A stretch of 32,000 nucleotides of DNA from Candidatus Bathyarchaeota archaeon (GCA_963815095.1 CAWFFH010000003.1:1109962-1141961); one strand, 5' to 3'. Counted from the first letter of the stretch, positions 17,654 through 25,707 are shown. Translations and numbers: made by a program. The notes: generated from the letters alone by a model not told the origin.

Positions 17654-17696
17654 CATCCTTAGAGAGATGCGTTAGTCAATTGGAGGGGCAAGATAC

Positions 17697-18140
17697 ATGA
17701 GTGCAAGATGGAGAAGAAGCAGTAAGAAACGCAAGTGGCTTGATTTTAACGAGTTTAAGGACAAGAAACCTGTAGTAACCCAGAAAACTCGACGGTTAAA
17801 AAACATGCCTGCACATACAAGTTTTCGCCCATCCAAAAGCTTTATCAAACGCAACTTAGCTGAACAAAAACCTTTAATTGACATCTTCCAAGAAAACAAC
17901 ACAATTACTATAGTTGCTGAAATAGTAGGCTTTAATAAGGAATCTCTCAAGATAAATGTGAAAGATCAGAAAATTACGCTGTCGGCAAAGTCAAAAGACC
18001 GAAGATACTATAAAAGTTTAAATCTTCCGACGGTAGTGATTCCAAACGCAATGCACACCAAATTTAAGAATGGCGTGCTCGAAATCAAGCTTAAAAAAGC
18101 TGAAACAATCGATAAAGAAGCGGATCAAAATGCCACATAA
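17697..18140 (+). CDS. hsp20: small heat-shock protein (Hsp20/alpha-crystallin domain) with strongly basic N-terminal region
   Basis: The C-terminal ~85 aa look like an alpha-crystallin domain (IDIFQENNTITIVAEIVGFNKESLKINVKDQKITLSAK...FKNGVLEIKLKK). The N-terminal ~55 aa are Arg/Lys-rich (RWRRSSKKRKW...). GGAGG lies ~10 nt upstream of the ATG. Confidence 0.8.
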   Translation: MSARWRRSSKKRKWLDFNEFKDKKPVVTQKTRRLKNMPAHTSFRPSKSFIKRNLAEQKPLIDIFQENNTITIVAEIVGFNKESLKINVKDQKITLSAKSKDRRYYKSLNLPTVVIPNAMHTKFKNGVLEIKLKKAETIDKEADQNAT

Positions 18141-18540
18141 ACTAAGAAAAATCAGAAAAACAAGAGGCTCAAGAACACAAGGTTACGGAAGAATAGGTCA
18201 ACACCGAGACAGCGGCAGTAAAGGCGCCCGAAAAGTTGGACGCCACAAACACCTGTGGAGTCTAGTTGTTACTTCTGAACCCAACTACTTCGGAAAACAC
18301 GGATTTACGTCACCACAAAGCCTACACACTAAAACAAACACAATTAACCTAATCAAACTTGACCAATTAGCTCAAGGCTCCGAAATCGACCTAACCGATC
18401 TTGGCTACACCAAACTCTTAGGCACAGGAAAAATCAGCAAACCCCTGACTATAAAAGTAGCGTCATTCTCAAAATCTGCACAAGAAAAAGTCACCCAAGC
18501 CGGCGGAAAAATCGTAGCTCCCCAAACCCACGGAGAGTAA
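18130..18540 (+). CDS. rpl15: 50S ribosomal protein uL15
   Basis: MPHKLRKIRKTRGSRTQGYGRIGQHRDSGSKG is the canonical L15 N-terminus. I prefer the ATG at 18130 over the tracked 18070. This start overlaps the hsp20 3' end by 11 nt. Confidence 0.9.
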   Translation: MPHKLRKIRKTRGSRTQGYGRIGQHRDSGSKGARKVGRHKHLWSLVVTSEPNYFGKHGFTSPQSLHTKTNTINLIKLDQLAQGSEIDLTDLGYTKLLGTGKISKPLTIKVASFSKSAQEKVTQAGGKIVAPQTHGE

Positions 18541-18549
18541 AACTGCTAA

Positions 18550-19968
18550 ATGCCCGGAAGATTTCTCAGCCTCTTCAAACCAATAGGCAGAGTTTTACCT
18601 GAAATAAAAAAGCCTGAACGCAAAGTAAGCTTTAATGAAAAAATCTTCTGGACTGCACTCGTTCTTATTATTTTCCTTGTCATGACTGAAATCCCGCTTT
18701 TTGGGATTGAAAAAGCAGCCTCTGATAGTTTTGGTCAATTAAGAGTTATTTTTGCTTCCAACCGCGGCACCTTGATGGAGCTGGGTATCGGTCCAATTGT
18801 TACTGCTGGATTAATTCTCCAATTGCTCGCAGGATCCTCAATTATTAAATGTGACATGTCAAACTCTGAGGATAGAGGACTTTTCACTTCAGCAAGCAAA
18901 GTCTTTAGCATTGTATTAACCGGCATCCAAGCTGGCGCATACATTTTAAGCGGCATGTATGGTACGACCCTAGCTGGACCCACAATTATAGTAATTTTCC
19001 TGCAACTCCTTTTCGCAGGCATAATCGTAATGTTAATGGATGAACTCGTCCAAAAAGGATGGGGATTAGGCAGCGGAATCAGCCTATTCATCATGGCAGG
19101 CGTTGCCCAAAACGTCTTATGGTCAACCTTCTCGCCGCCCACAGGATTATTCGTTGGTTCTCTCTCAGCCTATTTAGGCGGTTCACAAACTTTAGTTCAA
19201 TGGTCCTTTGGCAGTGCTTCAGGGGTTTACCCGTCCCTGCTAGGCTTCTTTGCCACTATTGCCGTTTTCTTGATTGTCATTTATTTGCAAGGCGTAAGAA
19301 TTGAGCTTCCAATGAGCTACGCTGGGTACAAAGGCTTCCGAAGCAGATACCCAATTAAACTCCTTTATGTCTCAAACCTGCCAGTTATCTTTGCATCAGC
19401 CCTATTCGCAAACGTTTACTTCTTCAGTCAACTACTTTGGAGTCAATTTGGACGACCTGCGCCAGGAACGAATTTGTTCTTCCAATTTATAGGTGATTAC
19501 AGCTATAACGCAACATCAGGAGCTGTTACAAACGTAGGGGGCTTAGCATATTATGTTACTGCACCACGAAACATTCAAACCGTAATAGCTGCGCCAGTGC
19601 AAGCTTTCGCATACTTAGGTGTCATAATAATTTTCTGTGCCGTCTTCTCATTGATTTGGCTTGAAGTCGGCGGTTTAGGACCTTCAAAAGTCGCACAGCA
19701 ACTCATGGACAGCGGCATGCAAATTCCAGGTTACCGTCGCTCAGGACGACCCATCGAAGCCATCCTCAAACGTTACATACCTGTAGTTACAGTTTTAGGA
19801 GGTATTATCGTTGGGCTTGTGGCTGGGGTCTCCGACTTCTTTGGTGCCTTCGGTTCAGGTACGGGTATCTTGCTGTCAGTAGGCATCATCTACCAGTACT
19901 ACGAACTGCTGATGCGTGAACGCGCCGCAGAGATGTTCCCAGCGTTCAGAAGAATCCTGGGCGAATAG
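18550..19968 (+). CDS. secY: preprotein translocase subunit SecY
   Basis: 472 aa polytopic membrane protein. SecY motifs are present (GTLMELGIGPIVTAGLILQLL, GWGLGSGISLFI). Conserved position after L15. Confidence 0.95.
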   Translation: MPGRFLSLFKPIGRVLPEIKKPERKVSFNEKIFWTALVLIIFLVMTEIPLFGIEKAASDSFGQLRVIFASNRGTLMELGIGPIVTAGLILQLLAGSSIIKCDMSNSEDRGLFTSASKVFSIVLTGIQAGAYILSGMYGTTLAGPTIIVIFLQLLFAGIIVMLMDELVQKGWGLGSGISLFIMAGVAQNVLWSTFSPPTGLFVGSLSAYLGGSQTLVQWSFGSASGVYPSLLGFFATIAVFLIVIYLQGVRIELPMSYAGYKGFRSRYPIKLLYVSNLPVIFASALFANVYFFSQLLWSQFGRPAPGTNLFFQFIGDYSYNATSGAVTNVGGLAYYVTAPRNIQTVIAAPVQAFAYLGVIIIFCAVFSLIWLEVGGLGPSKVAQQLMDSGMQIPGYRRSGRPIEAILKRYIPVVTVLGGIIVGLVAGVSDFFGAFGSGTGILLSVGIIYQYYELLMRERAAEMFPAFRRILGE

Positions 19969-20001
19969 CATAAACAACGCTGACCAGTAAGTTGGCGTTT
20001 G

Positions 20002-20021
20002 CCTCTCTTTCTTTCTTAATT
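20002..20021 (+). terminator. pyrimidine/T-rich terminator-like tract after secY
   Basis: CCTCTCTTTCTTTCTTAATT lies 34 nt after the secY stop. A near-identical tract follows the next gene at 23025. Confidence 0.35.
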
Positions 20022-20251
20022 AAGTCTACTTAATTTCAACCGGTTGTAACTCAGCAACCAAAGAATCACTGGATTCACGACTTTTCCCGACTTTAAAGCG
20101 TAGATTCGGGTAAATGACGGATGGTGTTTTGGGCGCATTTCATTTTCTTAAACGCTAATTTTCGTTATTATGCTCATTTTTTGGTCGGCTCATTTCGTAT
20201 GCTTTGATAGGTCTTCTTAGTTTAGAGGAAAGTGGCTTCTTTACCCAAATC

Positions 20252-20258
20252 TTATAAA
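20252..20258 (+). promoter_or_regulatory. candidate TATA box for the surface-protein gene
   Basis: TTATAAA lies ~85 nt upstream of the TTG start at 20341. The expected transcription start falls at the palindrome at 20283. Confidence 0.35.
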
Positions 20259-20282
20259 CAATATGAAACAAAAATTGAAAGA

Positions 20283-20312
20283 TTGAACAGGTTGCACATG
20301 CTTCCTGTTCAA
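20283..20312. promoter_or_regulatory. perfect 9-bp inverted repeat (TTGAACAGG-N12-CCTGTTCAA): operator or 5'-leader hairpin
   Basis: Read directly from the sequence. It lies between the candidate TATA box and the GGAG/TTG start of the 887-aa gene. Confidence 0.4.
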
Positions 20313-20340
20313 CCAACAAATTGAAAAAGGAGAAAAGAAC

Positions 20341-23004
20341 TTGAGCATTCTAAAAAATCGAAAAATAGCTATCGTGACTATAACTGTACTAATATTAGCA
20401 ATGAGCACGTCTATGATGCTGATTCCGCAGACTAAAGCGCACACGCCGGCATGGCACTGGGTTTCATACCCCTACATAGTTGCTTCGCCGAACCCTGTCG
20501 GTGTCGGCCAGACAGTAGCTGTCGTCTTCTGGATTGATGATCCATTGCCAGGAGCAACAGTTTCAAACGACATACGACGCCACGACTATACCTTAACGAT
20601 CACTGATCCTGATGGACAAGTACAAACTCAAAATTGGCCCGTTCTCAGCGACTCAACTGGCATGCAGTACTATCAATATACACCTGAAAAAGTAGGCAAC
20701 TACACAATCAAATTCAACTATCCAGACCAAATCTACACGTGGCCTTCCTCTGCATCAATGAACTACACTGGCGACGTTTGGCTTGGCGCAAGCAAAACTA
20801 TCACGTTGGAAGTGCAACAAGAACCGATTGCGGCAGCAAGAGACAGCTATCCAATGCCAACTGAATACTGGACACGACCCATCGAAGGCGAAAACACCTA
20901 CTGGTACTCTATCGCGTCGAACTGGCTAGGCACACCATACGTTATCGGTGCAGGTGCAGGCTACGGGATTCCAGGTGCAGTTCAACCTGACGGCTCAGCA
21001 CCCAACAGTGCACACGTAATGTGGACTAAGCCAATTCAGTGGGGTGGAGTAGTCGGAGGAAACAACACAGCGTACCCAGGCGAAATGTACTACGGCGGCT
21101 TATCCTACAATACACGCTTCGGCAACCCAATCATCATGCAAGGCATTCTCTACTACCAAGAACCATGGGGTAACGCAGGCGGAAGCGGCGGCTTATTCGG
21201 CACAGGCGGAGACTACGTTGCAGTAGACATACAAACCGGACAAGAAGTCTGGCGCATAAACCCCGCGGCAACAGGCACAATGCTCGTACCATCCTTCGGC
21301 TACCTATATTCATATGAAGACCCCAACCAACATGGAGTACTTCCAAACGGCATTCTAATCGCATCCTACCGACTTACTGGATACAACACATGTTGGGCAG
21401 CATATGACGCAAGAACCGGCAAACTTCTAACCATGAACTTCACTAACATACCCACAGGTGTTGCAGCTAAAGGACCATCAGGCGAATACCTAATATACAC
21501 TCTGACAAACTATGGCACAACATCGTCACCAAACTGGTATCTGGCACAATGGAATTCCTCTAGGGTCTTCGGCGGACAAGCAGGCGGAATGATGGGCGCT
21601 GGCAACTGGTTCACTATGACTGGATTTGCATGGGCTAATGCGACAACCGCTTACGATTGGAACGTATCCATGCCAAACCTTAAAGGAACCTGGAGCGTCG
21701 GTGTAGCCAGCTTAGGATCCATTCCTCTGGTTAACCCAGGCGACAAACTACTGTTGGTCCAAGGAACCTTCGGCGGACACCCAATGGACTACTACGCAAC
21801 AATATCATTGGATAACGCAAACATCACAGCTGTAAACCTCAAGACAGGCATGGTCGGTCAAACACTCTGGACAAACACGTATACACCAGCACCAGGCAAC
21901 AATACACGACTCATCACTGATTGGGATCCAGTTAACGGGGTCTTCGTGTTCTGCGACAAAGAAGACATGGTTCACTATGGTTGCAGTCTAGCAGACGGCA
22001 ACAAATTATGGGGACCAACCGTTCTCACCAATGACTTCACCACAGACTACAATTACATGGCTATCGGCTTGGAAAGAATAGCTTATGGCAAACTTTTCTT
22101 CACAGGCTACAGCGGCATCCTATACGCATATGACGACAAAACTGGCGACCTACTGTGGACTTATGGCAATGGCGACGCAGGCAACAGCACACTCAGCGGA
22201 TTTGAAACACCATACGGACGTTACCCAACATTCATCAGCGTCATCGCAGACGGAAAAGTCTACTTAGACACAACAGAACACTCACCCAACTCTCCACTCT
22301 ACAAAGACGCACAATTCCGCTGTATCAACGCCACTGACGGAACTGAACTCTTCAAGGTACTAGACTACGGAAACCAAATGTACGGCGGCCAAGCAGCAGT
22401 TGCAGACGGCTACCTAACAACGCTCAACTCCTATGACGCGCAAATCTACTGCTACGGCAAAGGCCCGAGCGCTTTAACTGTTACAGCGCCAGACTTAGCA
22501 GCAGCAGCAGGACAAGCAGTAGTCATACGGGGCACAGTCACCGATGTCGCAGCAGGAACACAGCAAACTGAACAAAAAGGGCGTTTCCCCACAGGTGTAC
22601 CCGCAGTCTCTGACGCAAGCCAAAGCGCGTGGATGGAATACGTCTACATGCAGAAGCCCCGTCCAACCGACGTAACAGGTGTACCCGTCTCAATCGACGT
22701 GATGGATTCTAATGGCAACTTCCGCAACATCGGAACAGTAACAAGCGACGCAAACGGCGTATTCAGCTTAACTTGGCAACCAGACATTGACGGTTCATAC
22801 ACAGTAATCGCTTCGTTTGCAGGTTCAGAATCCTACTATCAATCGCATGCTGAGACATCCTTCGCAGTTTCGGCTGCAACACCAACAGCATCACCGTCCC
22901 CAGTGACCAACGCTCCATCAACTGACATGTCCTTTACAGCTTCAACAATCGCCATAATCATCGCAATCGCGATAGCAACAATTATCATCATCAAGAGAAA
23001 ATAA
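20341..23004 (+). CDS. secreted, C-terminally anchored surface protein with PQQ/BamB-like beta-propeller repeats and an Ig-like domain
   Basis: The TTG start gives a signal peptide (KNRK, IAIVTITVLILAM, then TKA/HT). Repeats of the type VDIQTGQEVWRI, AYDARTGKLL, LYAYDDKTGDLLWTY and CINATDGTELF occur. A C-terminal beta-sandwich-like segment (VPVSIDVMDSNGNFRNIGTVTSDANGVFSLTW) is followed by a Pro/Thr/Ser linker, a hydrophobic helix (IAIIIAIAIATIIII) and KRK. N-x-S/T sequons are numerous. Confidence 0.8.
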   Translation: MSILKNRKIAIVTITVLILAMSTSMMLIPQTKAHTPAWHWVSYPYIVASPNPVGVGQTVAVVFWIDDPLPGATVSNDIRRHDYTLTITDPDGQVQTQNWPVLSDSTGMQYYQYTPEKVGNYTIKFNYPDQIYTWPSSASMNYTGDVWLGASKTITLEVQQEPIAAARDSYPMPTEYWTRPIEGENTYWYSIASNWLGTPYVIGAGAGYGIPGAVQPDGSAPNSAHVMWTKPIQWGGVVGGNNTAYPGEMYYGGLSYNTRFGNPIIMQGILYYQEPWGNAGGSGGLFGTGGDYVAVDIQTGQEVWRINPAATGTMLVPSFGYLYSYEDPNQHGVLPNGILIASYRLTGYNTCWAAYDARTGKLLTMNFTNIPTGVAAKGPSGEYLIYTLTNYGTTSSPNWYLAQWNSSRVFGGQAGGMMGAGNWFTMTGFAWANATTAYDWNVSMPNLKGTWSVGVASLGSIPLVNPGDKLLLVQGTFGGHPMDYYATISLDNANITAVNLKTGMVGQTLWTNTYTPAPGNNTRLITDWDPVNGVFVFCDKEDMVHYGCSLADGNKLWGPTVLTNDFTTDYNYMAIGLERIAYGKLFFTGYSGILYAYDDKTGDLLWTYGNGDAGNSTLSGFETPYGRYPTFISVIADGKVYLDTTEHSPNSPLYKDAQFRCINATDGTELFKVLDYGNQMYGGQAAVADGYLTTLNSYDAQIYCYGKGPSALTVTAPDLAAAAGQAVVIRGTVTDVAAGTQQTEQKGRFPTGVPAVSDASQSAWMEYVYMQKPRPTDVTGVPVSIDVMDSNGNFRNIGTVTSDANGVFSLTWQPDIDGSYTVIASFAGSESYYQSHAETSFAVSAATPTASPSPVTNAPSTDMSFTASTIAIIIAIAIATIIIIKRK

Positions 23005-23024
23005 AAAAAATCAGCCAAAACAAA

Positions 23025-23045
23025 CCTCTCTTTCTTTTTTTAATT
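23025..23045 (+). terminator. T-rich terminator-like tract after the surface-protein gene
   Basis: CCTCTCTTTCTTTTTTTAATT lies 21 nt after the stop. Confidence 0.4.
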
Positions 23046-23143
23046 TTCAAGTTAATCTTTAAATTCCGTTAAATTGTTTATGATGCAATAATATAGTTAA
23101 TAAATCTCTTCAGAGAGACGCTAATCTGTTAAAGTGGGAAAAA

Positions 23144-23677
23144 ATGAAGGCTCTTGTACTTTATGGTAGTCGTTGGGGAGGCACAGTTGGTGTAGCTAAA
23201 AAAATAGGGATAGTTCTAAAAGAAGAAAGCTACAGCGTTGATGTTATTGATGCCAAACATAGTCCCAAAAACATAGAATCATACGACCTTGTTATCATTG
23301 GAAGTGGCATAAGAGCGGACAAATGGACCAAAGAATCTTTGGGTTTCATGGAAAAAAACGCAAGTTACTTAAGAACCAAGAAGACGGCTTTATTTGTCAG
23401 TTGCCAAATGGCTGACCGCATCGAACCAGAAGTTCGAGATAAAGCACAAAAACAATACTTAGAAAAAACGGCTGCACAATACGAATTAAAAACTGTTGCT
23501 TACGGTTTTTTTGGAGGGTTCTTAGATTTTAGCCACAGCCATGGTTTAATTGTAGATATTATGGTTAGAGTTAACAGGAACAGTTTACGCAAAAATGGGT
23601 TGGATACTCGTAAAGTGCGAGATACTCGAGATTGGAGTATAATAGAGGCTTGGGCGCGAGAGGTAGCTAAAACTTGA
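23144..23677 (+). CDS. flavodoxin-domain protein (HemG-like, Flavodoxin_5-type)
   Basis: MKALVLYGSRWGGTVGVAKKIG...YDLVIIGSGIRADKW resembles the long-chain flavodoxin-like fold of HemG-type proteins. A run of seven T follows at 23720-23726. Confidence 0.7.
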   Translation: MKALVLYGSRWGGTVGVAKKIGIVLKEESYSVDVIDAKHSPKNIESYDLVIIGSGIRADKWTKESLGFMEKNASYLRTKKTALFVSCQMADRIEPEVRDKAQKQYLEKTAAQYELKTVAYGFFGGFLDFSHSHGLIVDIMVRVNRNSLRKNGLDTRKVRDTRDWSIIEAWAREVAKT

Positions 23678-23837
23678 CCTTAACGAGCAAATCTCGCATT
23701 TTAGCCATAATTCTTAGGGTTTTTTTGGAAATTTAAATATTTTTTGTTAGTTGCTACTTTCAATTCTCCCTAGTAAATAGAAACCGGTATAAAAGTGACA
23801 GACAAGGACATTTTCTAACGTTCTTGCCGAGAAACAG

Positions 23838-23920
23838 GTTGAGAAGACTCGGGGAGAAAAAATGCATAATAATCTGCATATTTTCTTTTCTCCCAACATC
23901 CCCTCCTCTCGAGTCTCAAC
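23838..23920. ncRNA. candidate structured small RNA or regulatory element (nested hairpins); strand unresolved
   Basis: The outer stem pairs GTTGAG/ACTCG (23838-23851) with CGAGT/CTCAAC (23910-23920). An inner 9-bp stem pairs GGGAGAAAA (23852-23860) with TTTTCTCCC (23886-23894). The apical stem pairs ATGCA with TGCAT. On the plus strand TATAAAA lies at 23788-23794 and a T5 run at 23933-23937. Confidence 0.3.
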
Positions 23921-24048
23921 AACCCCCAAATGTTTTTCTTTAAAATTAAAGAACGATTTCGTGACCTATTTAGAGTCTAAATAAGTGAAAATGGTTATTA
24001 ACAAGAAACATGTACGCTTAGACTTAGAGCGGTTAAGAGGAAAATATA

Positions 24049-24564
24049 ATGTCTATCGATCTCCTGGCAACACTAGCAATCATGGGAATTGCAGCTGGAA
24101 TTGCTTTCTTAAACTCTGGCATAAACAGGGTTTTAATCAACTACTTCATCGGCTGGGAACAATACCGCGTCATGCAGAAAGAAATGGCTGAATATCGTTC
24201 AGAAACAATGGCGGCCATGCGTGCGAACGATAAAAAACAAGTTGAAAAACTCAAAAAGAAAGATTCACAGATAAAAAATATGCAAGCAAAAATGATGAAA
24301 CCTCAAATTGTCCAGTTCGGAATATCTTTTGTTTACCTTATTGTTTGGTTTTTAGTGTTAACGCCTACTTTTCATAATGCTCCTATGGCTTTGATTCCTG
24401 GCATTGGTACAATTGCTAATGCTCAAACAATTACAAATGGCGTTGCGTTAACAATCCCTAACGCAATTCCAGTGTTCTACTGGTACCCCATCTGCTCTCT
24501 TTTCTTTGGCCTACTTTCTTCACGCATAATTGGCATAATGCCAATTGAACAAGGACCTATATAG
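24049..24564 (+). CDS. DUF106/EMC3-type membrane protein (archaeal YidC/Oxa1-like insertase family)
   Basis: 171 aa. A hydrophobic helix is followed by a Lys-rich coiled segment (MQKEMAEYRSE...KLKKKDSQIKNMQAKMMKPQ) and then more hydrophobic helices. It has the conserved archaeal neighbourhood between secY and cmk. GAGG lies upstream of the ATG. Confidence 0.75.
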   Translation: MSIDLLATLAIMGIAAGIAFLNSGINRVLINYFIGWEQYRVMQKEMAEYRSETMAAMRANDKKQVEKLKKKDSQIKNMQAKMMKPQIVQFGISFVYLIVWFLVLTPTFHNAPMALIPGIGTIANAQTITNGVALTIPNAIPVFYWYPICSLFFGLLSSRIIGIMPIEQGPI

Positions 24565-24587
24565 TGCTGAAAACAGGTGAACGCCAA

Positions 24588-25199
24588 ATGGCTAAACAAC
24601 AAGAAAACTGCGTTTCCCCCAAAAAAACTGTAATTTGCATATCTGGATTGGCTGGAACCGGAAAAAGTACGCTCTCCAAAAAACTCGCTGAGAAATACCA
24701 ACTGCGATACTTTTCTGGCGGAGACGTTTTGAAAGAGTTGGCCCAGCAAGAGGGTTACGATGTGTCTATTCAGGGGTGGTGGGAAAGTCCGGCAGGCTTA
24801 AAATTTCTTAGCGAGCGAGCAAACGACCCTAAATTTGACAAGGCTGTTGATGATAAGCTTTTAGAGCATGCTCAGCAAGGAAACGTTCTTTTGGACAGTT
24901 GGACTATGCCTTGGCTATTAAAGGATGGCTTTAAAATCTGGCTGGAAGCGTCGTTCGAAAGAAGAGCTGCAAGAGTTGCCGTTAGAGATGGGTTGACTGT
25001 TGCTGAAGCTTTTGATGTGTTGAAGGAAAAAGAGGCGCGGACTAAAGCTATTTACAAAGCGCTGTATGGTTTTGGTTTAGGTGAAGATTTCAAGCCTTTT
25101 GACTTCATTTTAGACACTGATAATTTGAGCGCAAATGAAGTATTCGAGGTCCTGTGCAAAGTAATAGATAACGTGGCTATTTCTTTCGATAGTGTTTAA
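24588..25199 (+). CDS. cmk: cytidylate kinase, archaeal type (P-loop NMP kinase)
   Basis: P-loop ICISGLAGTGKSTLSKKLAEKY, plus GGDVLKELA. I prefer the ATG at 24588 (AGGTGA 7 nt upstream) over the tracked GTG at 24564. Confidence 0.75.
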   Translation: MAKQQENCVSPKKTVICISGLAGTGKSTLSKKLAEKYQLRYFSGGDVLKELAQQEGYDVSIQGWWESPAGLKFLSERANDPKFDKAVDDKLLEHAQQGNVLLDSWTMPWLLKDGFKIWLEASFERRAARVAVRDGLTVAEAFDVLKEKEARTKAIYKALYGFGLGEDFKPFDFILDTDNLSANEVFEVLCKVIDNVAISFDSV

Positions 25200-25313
25200 T
25201 CTTTTGTGAAATAGAACATTCTTCTATAACACAGTTTCAGCTGATTTAATAACTACAAGCAAGCAAATTAGCCATATGTCGTAAGCATATAACGCGAATG
25301 GGCTGGGCTGTAG

Positions 25314-25694
25314 TTGAAGAATTTAAACCGATTAGTAACAATTTTCTTAGCAGAAACAATAATTCTAATCCTTATAACGTCCTATCGATTAATCAACAGC
25401 AGCCTATGCATCGCCAACCTCTTAATCTTTAATACTTTTTTTATTACACTATTTTTTCAACTTAACGGCAGTTTCAACCTTAAAATGGGCATATTAGCAG
25501 CAGGTAACTTCCTTGGATTACTTTGGAACCTATTTTTCTATTACTTCTCTTTAGCAAGTCATAGTATTTTCAATATATCCTTCGATGTTTTCTTTATGAT
25601 AGTTTATCCCATCTTGAACCTGATGTGGATGGTTCCCTTTTGGTCGTTGAGCTTGAGTCTTTTACCCAAACTACAACTTTCTAAAACTACTTAA
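25314..25694 (+). CDS. hypothetical polytopic small membrane protein
   Basis: 126 aa with about four hydrophobic segments, directly upstream of the GT2 synthase. The start is uncertain (TTG, no Shine-Dalgarno). Confidence 0.4.
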   Translation: MKNLNRLVTIFLAETIILILITSYRLINSSLCIANLLIFNTFFITLFFQLNGSFNLKMGILAAGNFLGLLWNLFFYYFSLASHSIFNISFDVFFMIVYPILNLMWMVPFWSLSLSLLPKLQLSKTT

Positions 25695-25707
25695 TGGGGT
25701 TTGTGAA

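Noticed and set aside
20241-20444. 67-aa minus-strand ORF spanning the surface-protein promoter and start.
   Set aside because: It overlaps the signal-peptide coding region on the opposite strand. It is AT-rich chance ORF with no start signals.
20002-23037. The 13-nt direct repeats as target-site duplications of a mobile element.
   Set aside because: There is no transposase, integrase or terminal inverted repeats between them. The repeats are pyrimidine tracts positioned like terminators. I kept this only as a low-weight observation within the synteny finding.
23747-23929. 60-aa minus-strand ORF (TTG start), or its 50-aa ATG version preceded by GAGAGGAGGGG.
   Set aside because: The composition (scattered Cys/Phe, no motif, no hydrophobic helix) is unconvincing, and GGAGG sits only 2 nt from the ATG. 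The region is better explained by the palindromic RNA/DNA structure, though a small protein is not excluded.
23985-24191. 68-aa plus-strand ORF overlapping the start of the DUF106 gene.
   Set aside because: It is out of frame with and overlaps a recognisable conserved gene that has a good Shine-Dalgarno and ATG at 24049. No family resemblance.
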